From NCBI RefSeq assembly GCF_009914755.1, contig NC_060939.1: a stretch of 64,000 bases of DNA; one strand, 5' to 3'. A program made the translations under genes and the position numbers. This document shows positions 48,651 through 64,000 of this stretch, piece by piece; the stretch's first letter is position 1, and each line of letters opens with the position of its first letter. This stretch comes from the human T2T-CHM13v2.0 reference genome, Homo sapiens. The notes below the pieces were generated by a model. It did no database searches. It was not told the origin of the DNA and saw nothing but the letters and a program-made list of their open reading frames with translations.

Positions 48651-51600
48651 AATGGCTTTGCCCTGCCCATGCCGTGGATCTGACCCTGTACTGCCCTGCC
48701 TTGCCCTGTACCTGCCCTACTGTTACCTGGACTGTCTCGGCCCTGTCCTGCTCTGGTCCCATCCTGACCCTGTCTTGGCCCTGTGCTACCCTGTCCTTGC
48801 CCTGGTCTTGCCCTGGCACTGGCCCTGCCCTGAACCTGCCCTGGCCTGACCTTGGCTCTGGCCCTGGCTCTGGCCCTGCCCCTTGTCCTGACCCTGGTGC
48901 TATCATGGCACTGGCCCTGCCAATGGTCATGGTCCTGCTCCTGTTCTGGCCCTGACCTGGCCTTGGACATGTCCTGGCCCTGCTTTGGCCCATCCCTGCC
49001 CTGGCCCCACCATAGGCCTGCCTGTTCTACCCTCTCCTGGCACTGACCTTGCCCTGTCATGGCCTAGTGGTGCCATTGCCCTGCCTTACCCTGCGCTGGT
49101 TGTGCCTTGGCCCCGCTTGGTGCTGGCCGCTCCCTGGACCTGCCCTGACCCTGCCTTGGCTTTTGCCCTGCCCTCACTATGGCCTGGCCCTGACCCTAGC
49201 CCTGGTCCTGCCATATCCCTGGCCCTGCCCTTATCCAGGCCCTGCCCCTGCTGCTGCCCTGGCCCTGGCCTGGAACCTGGTCCTGTCAAGGACCTGCCCT
49301 GACTCTGCCATGGCCCTGGCCCTGCTCTGCCTTGTTCCTGGCCCTGACCCAGACCCAGACCCTTTCCTGGCTCTGCACTGGCCTTTCCGTGGTCCTGAGC
49401 TGGCAGTGGTCTGCCCCTGGTCTTGCCATCACCCTGCCCTGCTGTGCTCTGGATGTGTCATCACCCTGACCTGGCCCTACTCTGCCTTTGACCCTGCCCT
49501 GGCCTTACCTTGGCCCTCACCCTAGTCTTCGCTAGGCCCTGCTCTGGAGCTGGCCCTAGCACAGACCTGGCCCTGACCCTGGCCCTGGTCTTTGTCCTGC
49601 CATAGCCCTGGCCCTGAAGTGAACTTCGAGGTGTCCTGGCCCCGGCGTAACATAGCTCTGCATTGGCATGTCCCTGCCCTGCCGCTACCATTGCCTTGCC
49701 CTGCTCTGCCCTGTCCCAGTACTGACCTGGCCATGCTATTTCCCTGCCCTACCCTGCCTTGGCTGTGCCCTGGCTCGGTTCTGGCCCTGGCCCCGGCCCT
49801 GCCCTGGACATGCTCTGACACTGCCTCAGCCTCGGCACTAGCCTGGCTCTTCTTTGGCATCAGCTCTGCTCTCTGTGTGGACCAGCTCTTGTCCTGTCCT
49901 GCACTGGCCATACCATGCCCTGCCCTGCCCTGCCCGACTCAGCCCTGGCTCAGCCCTGGCCCAGCCTTGGCCTTGGCATTGCCCCTGGTCCTGCCATATT
50001 TCTTGCCCTGTCCCTACCCTGGCCTTGGCCCTGACCCTTACCTTGCCCTGGCCCTGCCCTTGCCCTAACGCAGCCCCTGGCCCTGTCATGGCCCTGCCCT
50101 GGACCTGTCCTGGCCCTGGCCCTTCCCTGCTTGAGACCTTGCCCTGGTTCTCCCCTGGCCCTGACCCTGAAATGCCTGGCCCTACCCTGGCCTTGCACTG
50201 CTCTGGCCCTTGCCCTGACTCTGGTCCTGTCACTGGCCTAGCCCCAGCCCTGTTGCTGGTCTTACCGTGGCCCAGACCCTGCCTTGGCCCTTCCCTGACA
50301 CTGTCCTGGACCCTGGCTGTGCCAAGATCCTGCACTGACCGTGTCCTTGTTTTGCTCCTGCCCCGAACCTGGTCCTGCCCAGGCCATGGCCATGGCCCTG
50401 GCCCTGGCCCTGCCCTGGCTGTTCCCTGGCCCTGCCCTGCCTTGGCCCTATGCTTTCCTGGCCCTGTCTTGCCTGTCCTGGCCCTGCCTTGGCCCTAGCC
50501 TGGGTTTGACCCTGCCCTGGCCCTACCTTGGCCTTCACCCTAGCCTTACCTGGCCACTCTGTTGGACCTGGCCATAGCACAGACCTGGTTGTGGCCCTGG
50601 CCCTGCCATGGCCCTGTCCCAGACCCTAGCCCTGCCAGGTACCTGTCCTGGCCCAGCTCTGGGCCTGGCTTTGTCCCTGGTTCTTAGATGAACCTGGCCC
50701 TGCACCTGCCCTTGCCCTTGCCCTGGCACTGGCCTTGGACATGTCCGTGGTCCTAACCCTGGCCCTGCCCTGGAGCTGCCACTGTCTTGGCCCTGCCCTG
50801 GCTCTGGCCCTGCCCTGGCCCTGGCCCTGCCCCGGCCCCAGCCATAGACCTGCCCTGGTTGGTCATGCCCTACCTTAACCCTGTGCTACCCTGGGCCTGC
50901 TCCACCCTGCCCTGGCCCTGCCCTCCCTTTGGCCCTGCCATGACCCTGCCTTGGCCCTCACACTGGCCCTAGCACAGACCTGGTCCTATCTGTGGCCTTA
51001 GCCTGGCATTGACCCCTGCTCCTGACCCTGGCCCTGCCATGGCCCTTGCCCTGCCAATGACCCTGACAGCCCTGGCCCTGGCCCTGTCTTGGCCCTGGCC
51101 CTGAACTGGCCCTGCCCTGACCCTGGCCCTGAAGTGGATTTGCAGGTGTCTTGTCCATGATTTAACCTGGTCTTATCATGGCCCTGTCCCTCCCCTGGCT
51201 CTGTCCTGGTCTTGTGCTGACCCTGACCCAGACCTTGGCCCTGCCCCAGCCTTGTCCTTGACCTGGCCATGGCCCTGCCTCTGCCCTGGACCGGCGCTGG
51301 CACTGGCATGGACCCTGGCCCTGGCCGTTCACTACTTAAGGCCATACCCTGGCCCAGCCCTGGTCCTGACCCTGTACTGGCCCTAATTTGGCCTGGCTCT
51401 ATCCTGGCATGCTATTCTGGCCCTGGCCCTGACCCGGTCCCTGTCCCTGTCCTGGCCCCAGCCCCGTTGCTGGTCCTGCCATGGCCCTTGTTCTGACATT
51501 GCCCTTTCCTGGTTCTGGCCCTGGCCCTGTCCCAGCCCTGCTCTGGCCCTGGTCTGAACCCTGGCCCTGCAATAGACCTGCCTTGGTCCTGCCCAGACCC

Positions 51601-52295
51601 TGGCTCTGGCCCTACCTCTGCCCTGGCCATACCCTTGCCCTGGCCTGGACCTCGGTCCTGGTCCTTGTCCTGCCCCAGCCATGGTCCTGGCCCTGCCCTG
51701 CCTGTGCCCTGTTCTATCCTGGGCTGGCCCTGCCATGGCCTGGTCTTGCCATTGCCCTGCCTTAGCCTGCCCTGCTTGTGCCCTAGATCTGCCCCGGCCT
51801 TTGCCCCGTCTTGGTTCTAGCCTTGACGCAGCCCTGGACCTTCCCTGACCTTGCCTTAGCCCTGGCACTACCCTGGCCTTGGCTTGGCATTTGCCCTACT
51901 CTATGGCCTGGCTCTCGTCCTGCCCTTATGCAGGCCTGACCCTGCCTGTGCCTTGGCTTTGGCCTGGACCTTGGCCATACAGTGACCCTGCCATGACCCT
52001 TTCCTGGCCCTGGCCTGGAACCTGGCCCTGCCAAGGACTCGCCCTGGCTCTGTCATGGCCCTGGCCCTTTTCTGGATTTGGATGTGTCCTGTCCCTTATT
52101 TCCCCGGCGCTTCCCTGGCTCTGCCATACCCCTTCTCTGGGGTAGGGCCAGGGTCAGGACCAGGGTAGGGCCATGGTAAGGCCTGAAGATGGGAAGGGCC
52201 AAGGCAGCGGCAGGACCAGGGAAGGGTCAGGGCCAGGAATGTGGTAGGACTAGGGGCAGAGCCGGTACTAGGGCTGAGCCGGGGCAGAGCAGGAG
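48650..52295 (-). repeat. CAGGG (CCCTG/GGCCCT) pericentromeric repeat array, block 1
   Basis: Degenerate CCCTG/GGCCCT pentamers and hexamers; C-rich on plus until 52138, then G-rich. Confidence 0.9.
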
Positions 52296-52479
52296 AGATT
52301 ACGTTAGGCTGTTATGTAAAATTTTTATTTTAGATTTTTAAGATAACTACAGTAGTAGTAATAATGTCTATACTATGTTGTTTGTAATAGTAATAATATT
52401 TGCAGTAAATAATCACTAAATTTTAACTAATACTATCTTTGCTTCCAGTAGTATTCTATGAGTATAATTTTATCAATAT

Positions 52480-52710
52480 GTAAATATGTGAGGCATTGAT
52501 TCTCACAATAATTCTACATGCTAGGTACTTAAAGCATCCCCATTTTCCAAATGTAGGAAACAGGCATAAAGAAGTTAAATACTTGGCCAGATTACTCCTG
52601 TAATCCCAGCACTTTGGGAGGCCAAGGCAGGCAGATGGCTTGAGCTCAGAAGTTTGGAACCAGCCTGGGCAACATTGTGAAACCCCATCTCTACTAAAAA
52701 TGCACAAAAA
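52480..52710. mobile_element. MIR remnant and FLAM/Alu left-arm fragment within an AT-rich spacer
   Basis: ccccattttccaaatgtaggaaacaggcataaagaagttaaatacttggcc; ctgtaatcccagcactttgggaggcc. Confidence 0.7.
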
Positions 52711-52760
52711 GAGCTGATTTAAGTTTCTTGTAGGATTCTGGTTATAAAACACTACTCAAA

Positions 52761-54495
52761 CACACAGGGCATGGATAGGGCAGGGCCAGGGACAAGGTCA
52801 GGCCAGGAAGGGGCCAGGGCCAAGGCAGGGCCAGAGCTGGACTTGGAGGTGTCCTGGTCTGATTTGCCCTGCCCCAACGTTGGCCCAGCCCTGCTCTGGC
52901 ACTTCCTGTCATGCCCTGTCCCTGGCCTGAGCATTGGCCCTGTCCCTGTCCTGCTTCTGGCCCTGCCCCGGAGTTGACCAGGCACTACCATGGCCCAGTC
53001 CTGCGTTGCCCTGCCCTCCTCTGCCCTGGCGCTGCCATGGCCCTGCTTGGGCCCTAGCTCTGCCTCGACTCTGGACCTGCCCTGACTCTGCTCAGCCCTG
53101 GATCTACCCTGACTCTGCCTTGGTGTTGCCCTCCCATCTCTATGGCCTGGCTCTGGCCGTGCCTTGCACAGGCCATGCTCTGCCCTGCATGTCCCAGCCT
53201 GGGCCCAGCCCTTGTCCTACCATATTCCTGACCCCAGCCGTACCCTTGTTCTGGCCTTGACCCTGCCGTGGCCCTCTCCTGGCCCTTCCTTGGTCCTGCC
53301 CTGCCCTTCCATGCCCTGGCCTTGCCCTCACCCTGCATTGGCCCTGCACTGGTCCTGCCCTGCCCTGGCACTGCCTTGGCCCCGGCCCTGCCTTCTCCCT
53401 GGCCTTGCTCTTGCCCTGCCCTGGCCTGACCCCAGGCCTACCGAGTCCATGAAATGGCCCTGGACCTGCCTTGCCATCGTCTGTCCTGGCCCTGTATTGT
53501 CCCCACCATGCTCTGGTCCAGCATTTACCCTGGCCCTGTTGCTAGTCCTGCCACTGCTATGGCCCTGCCCTGTTTTTGGCCATGCCCTGTGCTACCCTAG
53601 CCCTGCCCTGCCTTGGCCCTACCGTGGCCTTCTCCTACCCTGGCCTGGCCCTACACTAGCCTTTTCTACCCTGGCCTTGCCCTTCCCTGGTCTTGCCCTG
53701 CCCTGGCCTTGCCCTGCCCTGGCCTTGGCTTTGCCTTATCCTGGTCCTGGTTCTGCCCTGGCCCTGCTCTTGCTCTGGATCCTCTCTGGTTTTGCCTTCT
53801 CCCTGGCCCTGCCCCTGGCCCAGTCTTGACCCTGGCCCTGGCCCTGGCCCTGGCCCTGACAATCCCCAGGCCCCACACTGGCCATGCTTGGCCCTGGCCC
53901 CTCCTTTGGCCCTGCACTGGCCCTGTGCTATCTTAGTCCTACCCTGGCCCTGAACTCGCCCTGGCCCTACCCTCACCCTACACTGGCCCTGCCCTACCCT
54001 GACCTTGCCCTGGCCTGGCCCTGCCTTTGGCCTGCCCTGGCTCTGGTTCTGCCCTGGCGTTGCCCTTGCCCTGGACCCTCCCTGGCCATGTTTTTTCCAT
54101 GGTCCTTCTCTGGCCTTGCCCTTGCCCTGTCCCCTTTCTGGTCCTGCCATGTTTCTGGCCCTGCCCTGTCCATGTCCTGGACCTGACTCTGGCCCTGGAC
54201 CTCCCTGTCCCTGCCCTGCCATACTCTGGCCCATTCTTGCTCTACACTGACCCTGCCCTGCCTTGGCCCTGTGCTACCCTAGCCCTGCCCTGGCCTTCTG
54301 CTGACCCTGATCCTGCCATGGCCCTGGCCCTGCCATGTCCCTGCCCTGGCCCTGGTTCTGCCCTACTTCTGGCCCTGGCCTTGGTCCTCTCATGTCCCTG
54401 GCTATGACCCTGCCCCTGGTTTTTCTCTGTCCATGACCCTGCCCCGGTTCTGTCCTATCCCTGGCCCTGTCTCAGTTCTGTCCTAGCCCTGGCCT
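52761..54495 (-). repeat. CAGGG repeat array, block 2
   Basis: G-rich on plus for 52761-52845, then C-rich CCCTG/GGCCCT to about 54495. Confidence 0.9.
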
Positions 54496-54922
54496 TTCAC
54501 AGTACTTTATGCTTAGTAAGGGCTCCATGGTGTCTGTGAGTTGAATGTTGTGTTCATAGTATCTGCCAAAACAGAAAGAAAAAAAAATCTGATGATGAGA
54601 AGTTAAAGCTTTGTATATAATATGCCTTGAATTGTAAGTGCTTGTTATTAGTTGTATTACATATAGGTCATGGTTTTGTACACATAACTCCAAACCATTG
54701 ATACTGTTAAAAGAGTATATGAATATATGAAAGAATGTATAAACGTAAGAATGTATGAGTATCTAATGACCTTTCCAAATTAATTTTTATTTTTAGCTCT
54801 ATTAGATTTTTCTCAGTGTAACAAATGTTTATTCCTATGTAATTAAGGGCGTATTTCCTGTACAGAGTATTCATATTACCTAATTGAAAATTATATAATA
54901 CAAAAATATAATATTATTTTTA

Positions 54923-55340
54923 GGCCAGGCATGGTGGCTCATACCTGTAATCCCAACATTTTGAGAGGCCAAGTTGGGAGAATCATTTGAGTCCAGGAGT
55001 TGACCAGCCTGGGCCACATATTGAGACCTTTTCTTTATTAAATAAATAAATAAATAAATAGGTTGGGCACTGTGGCTCATATCTGTAATCCCAGCATTTT
55101 GGGTTGCAAAGGCAGGAGGATTGCTTGAGCCCAGGAGTTTGAGACCAGCCTGGGCAGAATAGCAAGACTCCATCTCTACAAATAATAAAATATTAACCAG
55201 GTGTGGTGGTGCGCACCTGGGGTCCCGGCTACCCGGGAGGCTAAGGTGGGAGGTTTGCTCAAGGCTGCAGTGAACTGTGAATGCACCACTGCATTGCAGC
55301 CTAGGCCACAGAACAGGACCTTGTCTATAAATAAAGAAAT
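54923..55340 (+). mobile_element. FLAM-like monomer and AluJ
   Basis: Alu motifs. Confidence 0.8.
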
Positions 55341-55465
55341 AAGTAAAAACATAAATAAAAATAAGTAAAAAGAAATATAAGTAAATATAAATATAAATAC
55401 ATGTAAATATACAAATGAATACATGAAAACAATTTTTAAATTTAACATCACTGAGGGCATCCTAT

Positions 55466-57898
55466 CCATTTCATTTCATGATTCCATTACGTCATTTCAC
55501 TTAGATGAAATGATAATATGACTTGAGATGAGATGAAATGACTAAATGATGAGATGAGATGAAATGATGAGATGAAATTTTGAGATGAAATGGTGAGTAG
55601 AAATGATGAGATTAAATGATGAGACAAAATGACAAAATTGAAAAGAAATTGAAAGGAGATGAGATGAGATGAAATGAGATGAAATGATGAGATGATGGAT
55701 GAAATGATGAGATGAAACAAGATGAAATGATGAGAAGAAATGATGAGATGAAATGAAATGAAAAAATGAAATGATATGAAATAATGAAATTGAAATGAGA
55801 TGAGGAGATGATATAATGAGATAAAATGATGAGATGAAATGAGATGAATGATGAGATGATAAAATGAAATGATGAGATGAAATGAGATGAAAAATGAGAT
55901 GAAAAATGAGATGAAATGAGATGAAATAATGAAATGAGATGCAATGAAATAATGAAATTATGAAATGTAATGATGAAATTGAAATGAGATGAGATGAAAT
56001 GATGAAGTGAGATGAGATGAAATGAGATGAAATGATGAGATGAAATGAGATGATGAGATGAGATGAGATGAAATGATGAGATGAAATGAGATTAAATGAT
56101 GAGATTAAATGATGAGATGAGATGTGATGAAGTGAGATGAAATGATGACATGATATGATAACATGAAATCAGATGAAATAATGAGATGAAATGATGAGAT
56201 GAAATGATGAGATGAGATGAAATGTGACGAGATGAAATGACAATGAAATGAAATAAATGAAATGATGAAATGGAATAATGAAATGGAAATGATGAGACGA
56301 GATGCAATGAGTTGAAATGATGAGATGAAATGATGAAATGATGAGATGAAAAGATGAGATGAGATGAGATGTGATGAAATGATGACACGAAATGATGACA
56401 TAAAATGAGATGAGATGAAATGATGAGATGAGATGAAATGGTGAGATAAAATGATATGAAATGAGATGAAATGATGAGATGAGATGAGATGATGAGATGA
56501 ACTGATGAAATGAAATAATGAGATGAAATGAAATAATGAAATGAAATTGAAATAAATTTGAGATGAGATGAGATGATGAGATGAACTGATGAAATGAAAT
56601 GAAATAATGAGATGAAATGAAATAATGAAATGAAATTGAAATAAAATTGAGATGAGATGAAATGAGATGAAATGATAAGATGAAATTATGAAATAAAATG
56701 ATGAAATGAGATGTGATGAGATGAAATGATGAGATGAGATGACATGAAATAATGAAATGAAATTGAAATGAGATGAGAAGATACGAGATGAGATGAAATG
56801 ATGAGATGAAATGATGAAATGATGAGATAAGATGAAATGAGTTGAGATGATGAGATGAAATGATGAAATGATGAGATGAAATGAGTTGATGAAATGATGA
56901 GATAAGATGAAATGAGTTGATGAGATGATGAGATGAAATGAGATGAAAAGATGAGATGAAATGATATGAAATGAAATTAGATGAAATGTAATGAGATGAA
57001 ATGAAATGACATAATGAAATGAAAAAATGAAATGAAATAATGAAATGAGGTGAAATTAAATGAGATGATGAAATTAAATGATGAAATGAAATAATGAAAT
57101 GGAAATGATGAGATGAGATGAAATGATGAGATGAATAATGTGATGAAATGAGATGAAATGATGAGATGAAATGAGATGAGATGTAATGATGACAGGAAAT
57201 GAGATGTAATGAAATGAGATGAAATGAATGAGATGAAATGAAATAAAGGAAATTGAATTGAGATGAGATGAGATGAAATGATGAGATAAAATGAGATGAA
57301 ATAAATGATGAGATGAAATGACGAAATGCTGAGGTGAGATGAGATGAAATGAGATGAAATGATGAGCTGAAAGGATGAGGTGAAATGATGAGATGAAATG
57401 ATGAGATGAGGTGAGATGAGATGAAATGAGATGAAATGATGAAATGATGAGATGAGATGAGAAGAAATGAGATGAAATGAGATAAGATGAGATGAAATGA
57501 TGAGATGAGATGAGATGAGATGAAGTGAAATGAAATGAAATAATGAAATTGAAATGAGATGAGATGAAATGAGATAAAATGATGAAATGAAATGATGAAA
57601 TGAGATGAAATGATGAGATGAGATGATGAGATTAAATGATGAGATGAAAAATGATGAGATAAAATGATGAGATGAATTGAAATGAGATGAAATGAAATAA
57701 TGAAATGAGATGAAATGAAATGATGAAATGATGGTATTGAAATGAAATTGAAAGATGAGATGAGATGAAATATGAAATGTTGAAATGAAATGATGAAATG
57801 AAGAGATGTGGTGAGATGAAATGATGAGCTGAAATGATGAGATGAAATGAAATGAGATTAAATGAGATGAAAAATGATGAGATGAAAAATGATGAGAT
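55466..57898 (+). repeat. Degenerate (ATGAG/ATGAA/ATG)n simple satellite, resuming after the L1 at 63923-64000
   Basis: About 2.4 kb nearly devoid of C on the plus strand; units GAGAT, GAAAT, GAT. Confidence 0.9.
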
Positions 57899-58796
57899 AG
57901 GGAGGAGCCAAGATGGCCAAATAGGAACAGCTCCGGTCTACAACTCCCAGCGTGAGCGACGCAGAAGACGGGTGATTTCTGCATTTCCATCTGAGGTACC
58001 AGGTTCATCTCACTAGGGAGTGCCAGACAGTGGGTGCAGGTCAGTGGGTGCGCGCACCGTGCACGTGCCAAAGCAGGGCGAGGCATTGCCTCACTTGGGA
58101 AGCGCAAGGGGTCAGGGAGTTCCCTTTCTGAGTCAAAGAAAGGGGTGATGGATGGCACCTGGAAAATTGGGTCACTCCCACCCGAATACTGCACTTTTCC
58201 AACGGGCTTAAAAAACGGCGCACCACGAGATTATATCCCGCACCTGGCTCGGAGGGTCCTACGCCCACGGAGTCTCGCTGATTGCTAGCACAGCAGTCTG
58301 AGATCAAACTGCAAGGCGGCAGTGAGGCTGGGGTAGGGGTGCCTGCTGTTGCCCAGGCTTGCTTAGGTAAAGCAGCTGGAAAGCCTGAACTGGGTGGAGC
58401 CCACCACAGCTCAAGGAGGCATGCCTGCCTCTGTAGGATCCACCTCTTGGGGCAGGGCACAGACAAACAAAAAGACAGCAGTAACCTTTGCAGACTTAAA
58501 TGTCCCTGTCTGACAGCTTTGAAGAGAGCAGTGGTTCTCCCAGCACACAGCTGGAGGTCTGAGAACGGGCAGACTGCCTCCTCAAGTGGGTCCCTGACCC
58601 CTGACCCCCAAGCAGCCTAACTGGGAGGCACCCCCCAGCAGGGGCACACTGACACCTCACACAGCAGGGTACTCCAACAGACCTGTAGCTGAGGGTCCTC
58701 TCTGTTAGAAGGAAAACGAACAGAAAGGACATCCACACCAAAAACCCATCTGTACATCACCATCATCAAAGACCAAAAGTAGATAAAACCACAAAG
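57899..58796 (+). promoter_or_regulatory. L1 5'UTR: sense promoter (YY1 core AAGATGGCC) and antisense promoter/ORF0 region
   Basis: YY1 motif near 57910-57918; minus-strand ORF0 peptide PASLPPCSLISDCCASNQRDSVGVGPSEPG present, but its ATG reads ACA. Confidence 0.8.
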
Positions 58797-59813
58797 ATGG
58801 GGAAAAAACAGAACAGAAAAACTGGAAACTCTAAAAAGCAGAGCACATCTCCTCCTTCAAAGGGACGCAGTTCCTCACCAGCAACGGAACAAAGCTGGAT
58901 GGAGAATGACTTTGACGAGCTGAGAGAAGAAGGCTTCAGACGATCAAATTACTCTGAGCTACGGGAGGACATTCAAACCAAAGGCAAAGAAGTTGAAAAC
59001 TTTGAAAAAAATTTAGAAGAATGTATAACTAGAATAACCAATACAGAGAAGTGCTTAAAGGAACTGATGGAGCTGCAAACCAAGGCTCGAGAACTACGAG
59101 AAGAATGCAGAAGCCTCAGGAGCCGATGCGATCAACTGGAAGAAAGGGTATCAGCGATGGAAGATGAAATGAATGAAATGAAGCGAGAAGGGAAGTTTAG
59201 AGAAAAAAGAATAAAAAGAAATGAGCAAAGCCTCCAAGAAATATGGGACTATGTGAAAAGACCAAATCTACGTCTGATTGGTGTACCTGAAAGTGATGGG
59301 GAGAATGGAACCAAGTTGGAAAACACTCCGCAGGATATTATCCAGGAGAACTTCCCCAATCTAGCAAGGCAGGCCAACATTCAGATTCAGGAAATACAGA
59401 GAACGCCACAAAGATACTCCTTGAGAAGAGCAACTTCCAGACACATAATTGTCAGATTCACCAAAGTTGAAATGAAGAAAAAAATGTTAAGGGCAGCCAG
59501 AGAGAAAGGTCGGGTTACCCTCAAAGGGAAGCCCATCAGACTAACAGTGGATCTCTCAGCAGAAACTCTACAAGCCAGAAGAGAGTGGGGGCCAATATTC
59601 AACATTCTTAAAGAAAAGAATTTTCAACCCAGAATTTCATATCCAGCCAAACTAAGCTTCATAAGTGAAGGAGAAATAAAATACTTTACAGACAAGCAAA
59701 TGCTGAGAGATTTTGTCACCACCAGGCCTGCCTTACAAGAGCTCCTGAAGGAAGCACTAAACATGGAAAGGAACAACCGGTACCAGTCACTGCAAAATCA
59801 TGCCAAAATGTAA
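58797..59813 (+). CDS. L1 ORF1p (RNA-binding chaperone), uninterrupted, 338 aa
   Basis: MGKKQNRKTGNSK...NHAKM with REKG, ARR and YPAKLS motifs. Confidence 0.92.
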   Translation: MGKKQNRKTGNSKKQSTSPPSKGRSSSPATEQSWMENDFDELREEGFRRSNYSELREDIQTKGKEVENFEKNLEECITRITNTEKCLKELMELQTKARELREECRSLRSRCDQLEERVSAMEDEMNEMKREGKFREKRIKRNEQSLQEIWDYVKRPNLRLIGVPESDGENGTKLENTPQDIIQENFPNLARQANIQIQEIQRTPQRYSLRRATSRHIIVRFTKVEMKKKMLRAAREKGRVTLKGKPIRLTVDLSAETLQARREWGPIFNILKEKNFQPRISYPAKLSFISEGEIKYFTDKQMLRDFVTTRPALQELLKEALNMERNNRYQSLQNHAKM

Positions 59814-59876
59814 AGACCATCGAGACTAGGAAGAAACTGCATCAACTAATGAGCAAAATAACCAGCTAACATCATA

Positions 59877-63702
<3,826 letters not shown>

Positions 63703-64000
63703 ACAATGAGATCACATGGACACAGGAAGGGGAATATCACACTCTGGGGACTGTGGTGGGGTGGGGGGAGGGGGGAGGGATAGCATTGGGAGATATACCT
63801 AATGCTAGATGACGAGTTAGTGGGCGCAGCGCACCAGCATGACACATGTATACATATGTAACTAACCTGCACAATGTGCACATGTACCCTAAAATTTAAG
63901 TATAATAAAAAAAAAGAAAAAAGAAAAATGTTGAGATTAAATGCGATGAGACGAATTGAGATGATATGAAATAATGAAACTAGGTGAAATAATGAAATGA

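Noticed and set aside
48391-54407. Long Gly/Gln/Arg- or Pro/Leu/Trp/Cys-rich ORFs in all frames
   Set aside because: By-product of the stop-poor CAGGG/CCCTG repeat; no domain or splice support.
56977-58194. 405-aa His/Ile/Ser/Phe-rich minus-strand ORF
   Set aside because: L1 antisense 5'UTR running into the stop-poor strand of the simple satellite.
58041-58466. 141-aa extended ORF0 as a functional protein
   Set aside because: Starts at TTG and the canonical ORF0 ATG is mutated; no evidence of translation.

Overview
Human-type (hominoid) genomic DNA with the hallmarks of a pericentromeric segmental-duplication mosaic, best matching from memory the RHPN2P1/CHEK2P2 region of 15q11.2; near-identical paralogs elsewhere (e.g. 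16p11.2) cannot be excluded without alignment. Left to right: (1) a very Alu-dense, intron-containing RHPN2 duplicate on the minus strand (exons 3-6 plus the start of exon 7, nonsense codon in exon 6); (2) a ~300-bp interstitial subtelomeric TAR1 fragment (TERRA-promoter-type 29-bp and ~46-bp units) at 25.2-25.5 kb; (3) a 22q12-derived block carrying CHEK2 exons 11-15 (frameshift in exon 13) and the TTC28 CpG island and exon 1 (nonsense codon); (4) REP522-like GC-rich units, then ~6 kb of CAGGG/CCCTG pericentromeric repeat with an internal inversion; (5) a C-poor (ATGAG/ATGAA)n simple satellite containing a full-length L1PA2-like element (ORF1 open, ORF2 disrupted). There is no intact host protein-coding gene, and I found no convincing new enzymatic system. 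The most interesting signals are regulatory or structural: a TERRA-type promoter with a splice donor pointing into promoterless CHEK2 exons, CHEK2 paralog variants that mimic reported clinical alleles, a tailless 5S retrocopy, a ~54-bp Alu target-site duplication and several fold-back (template-switch) scars. Parent-gene comparisons rely on recalled reference sequences and need confirming by alignment.
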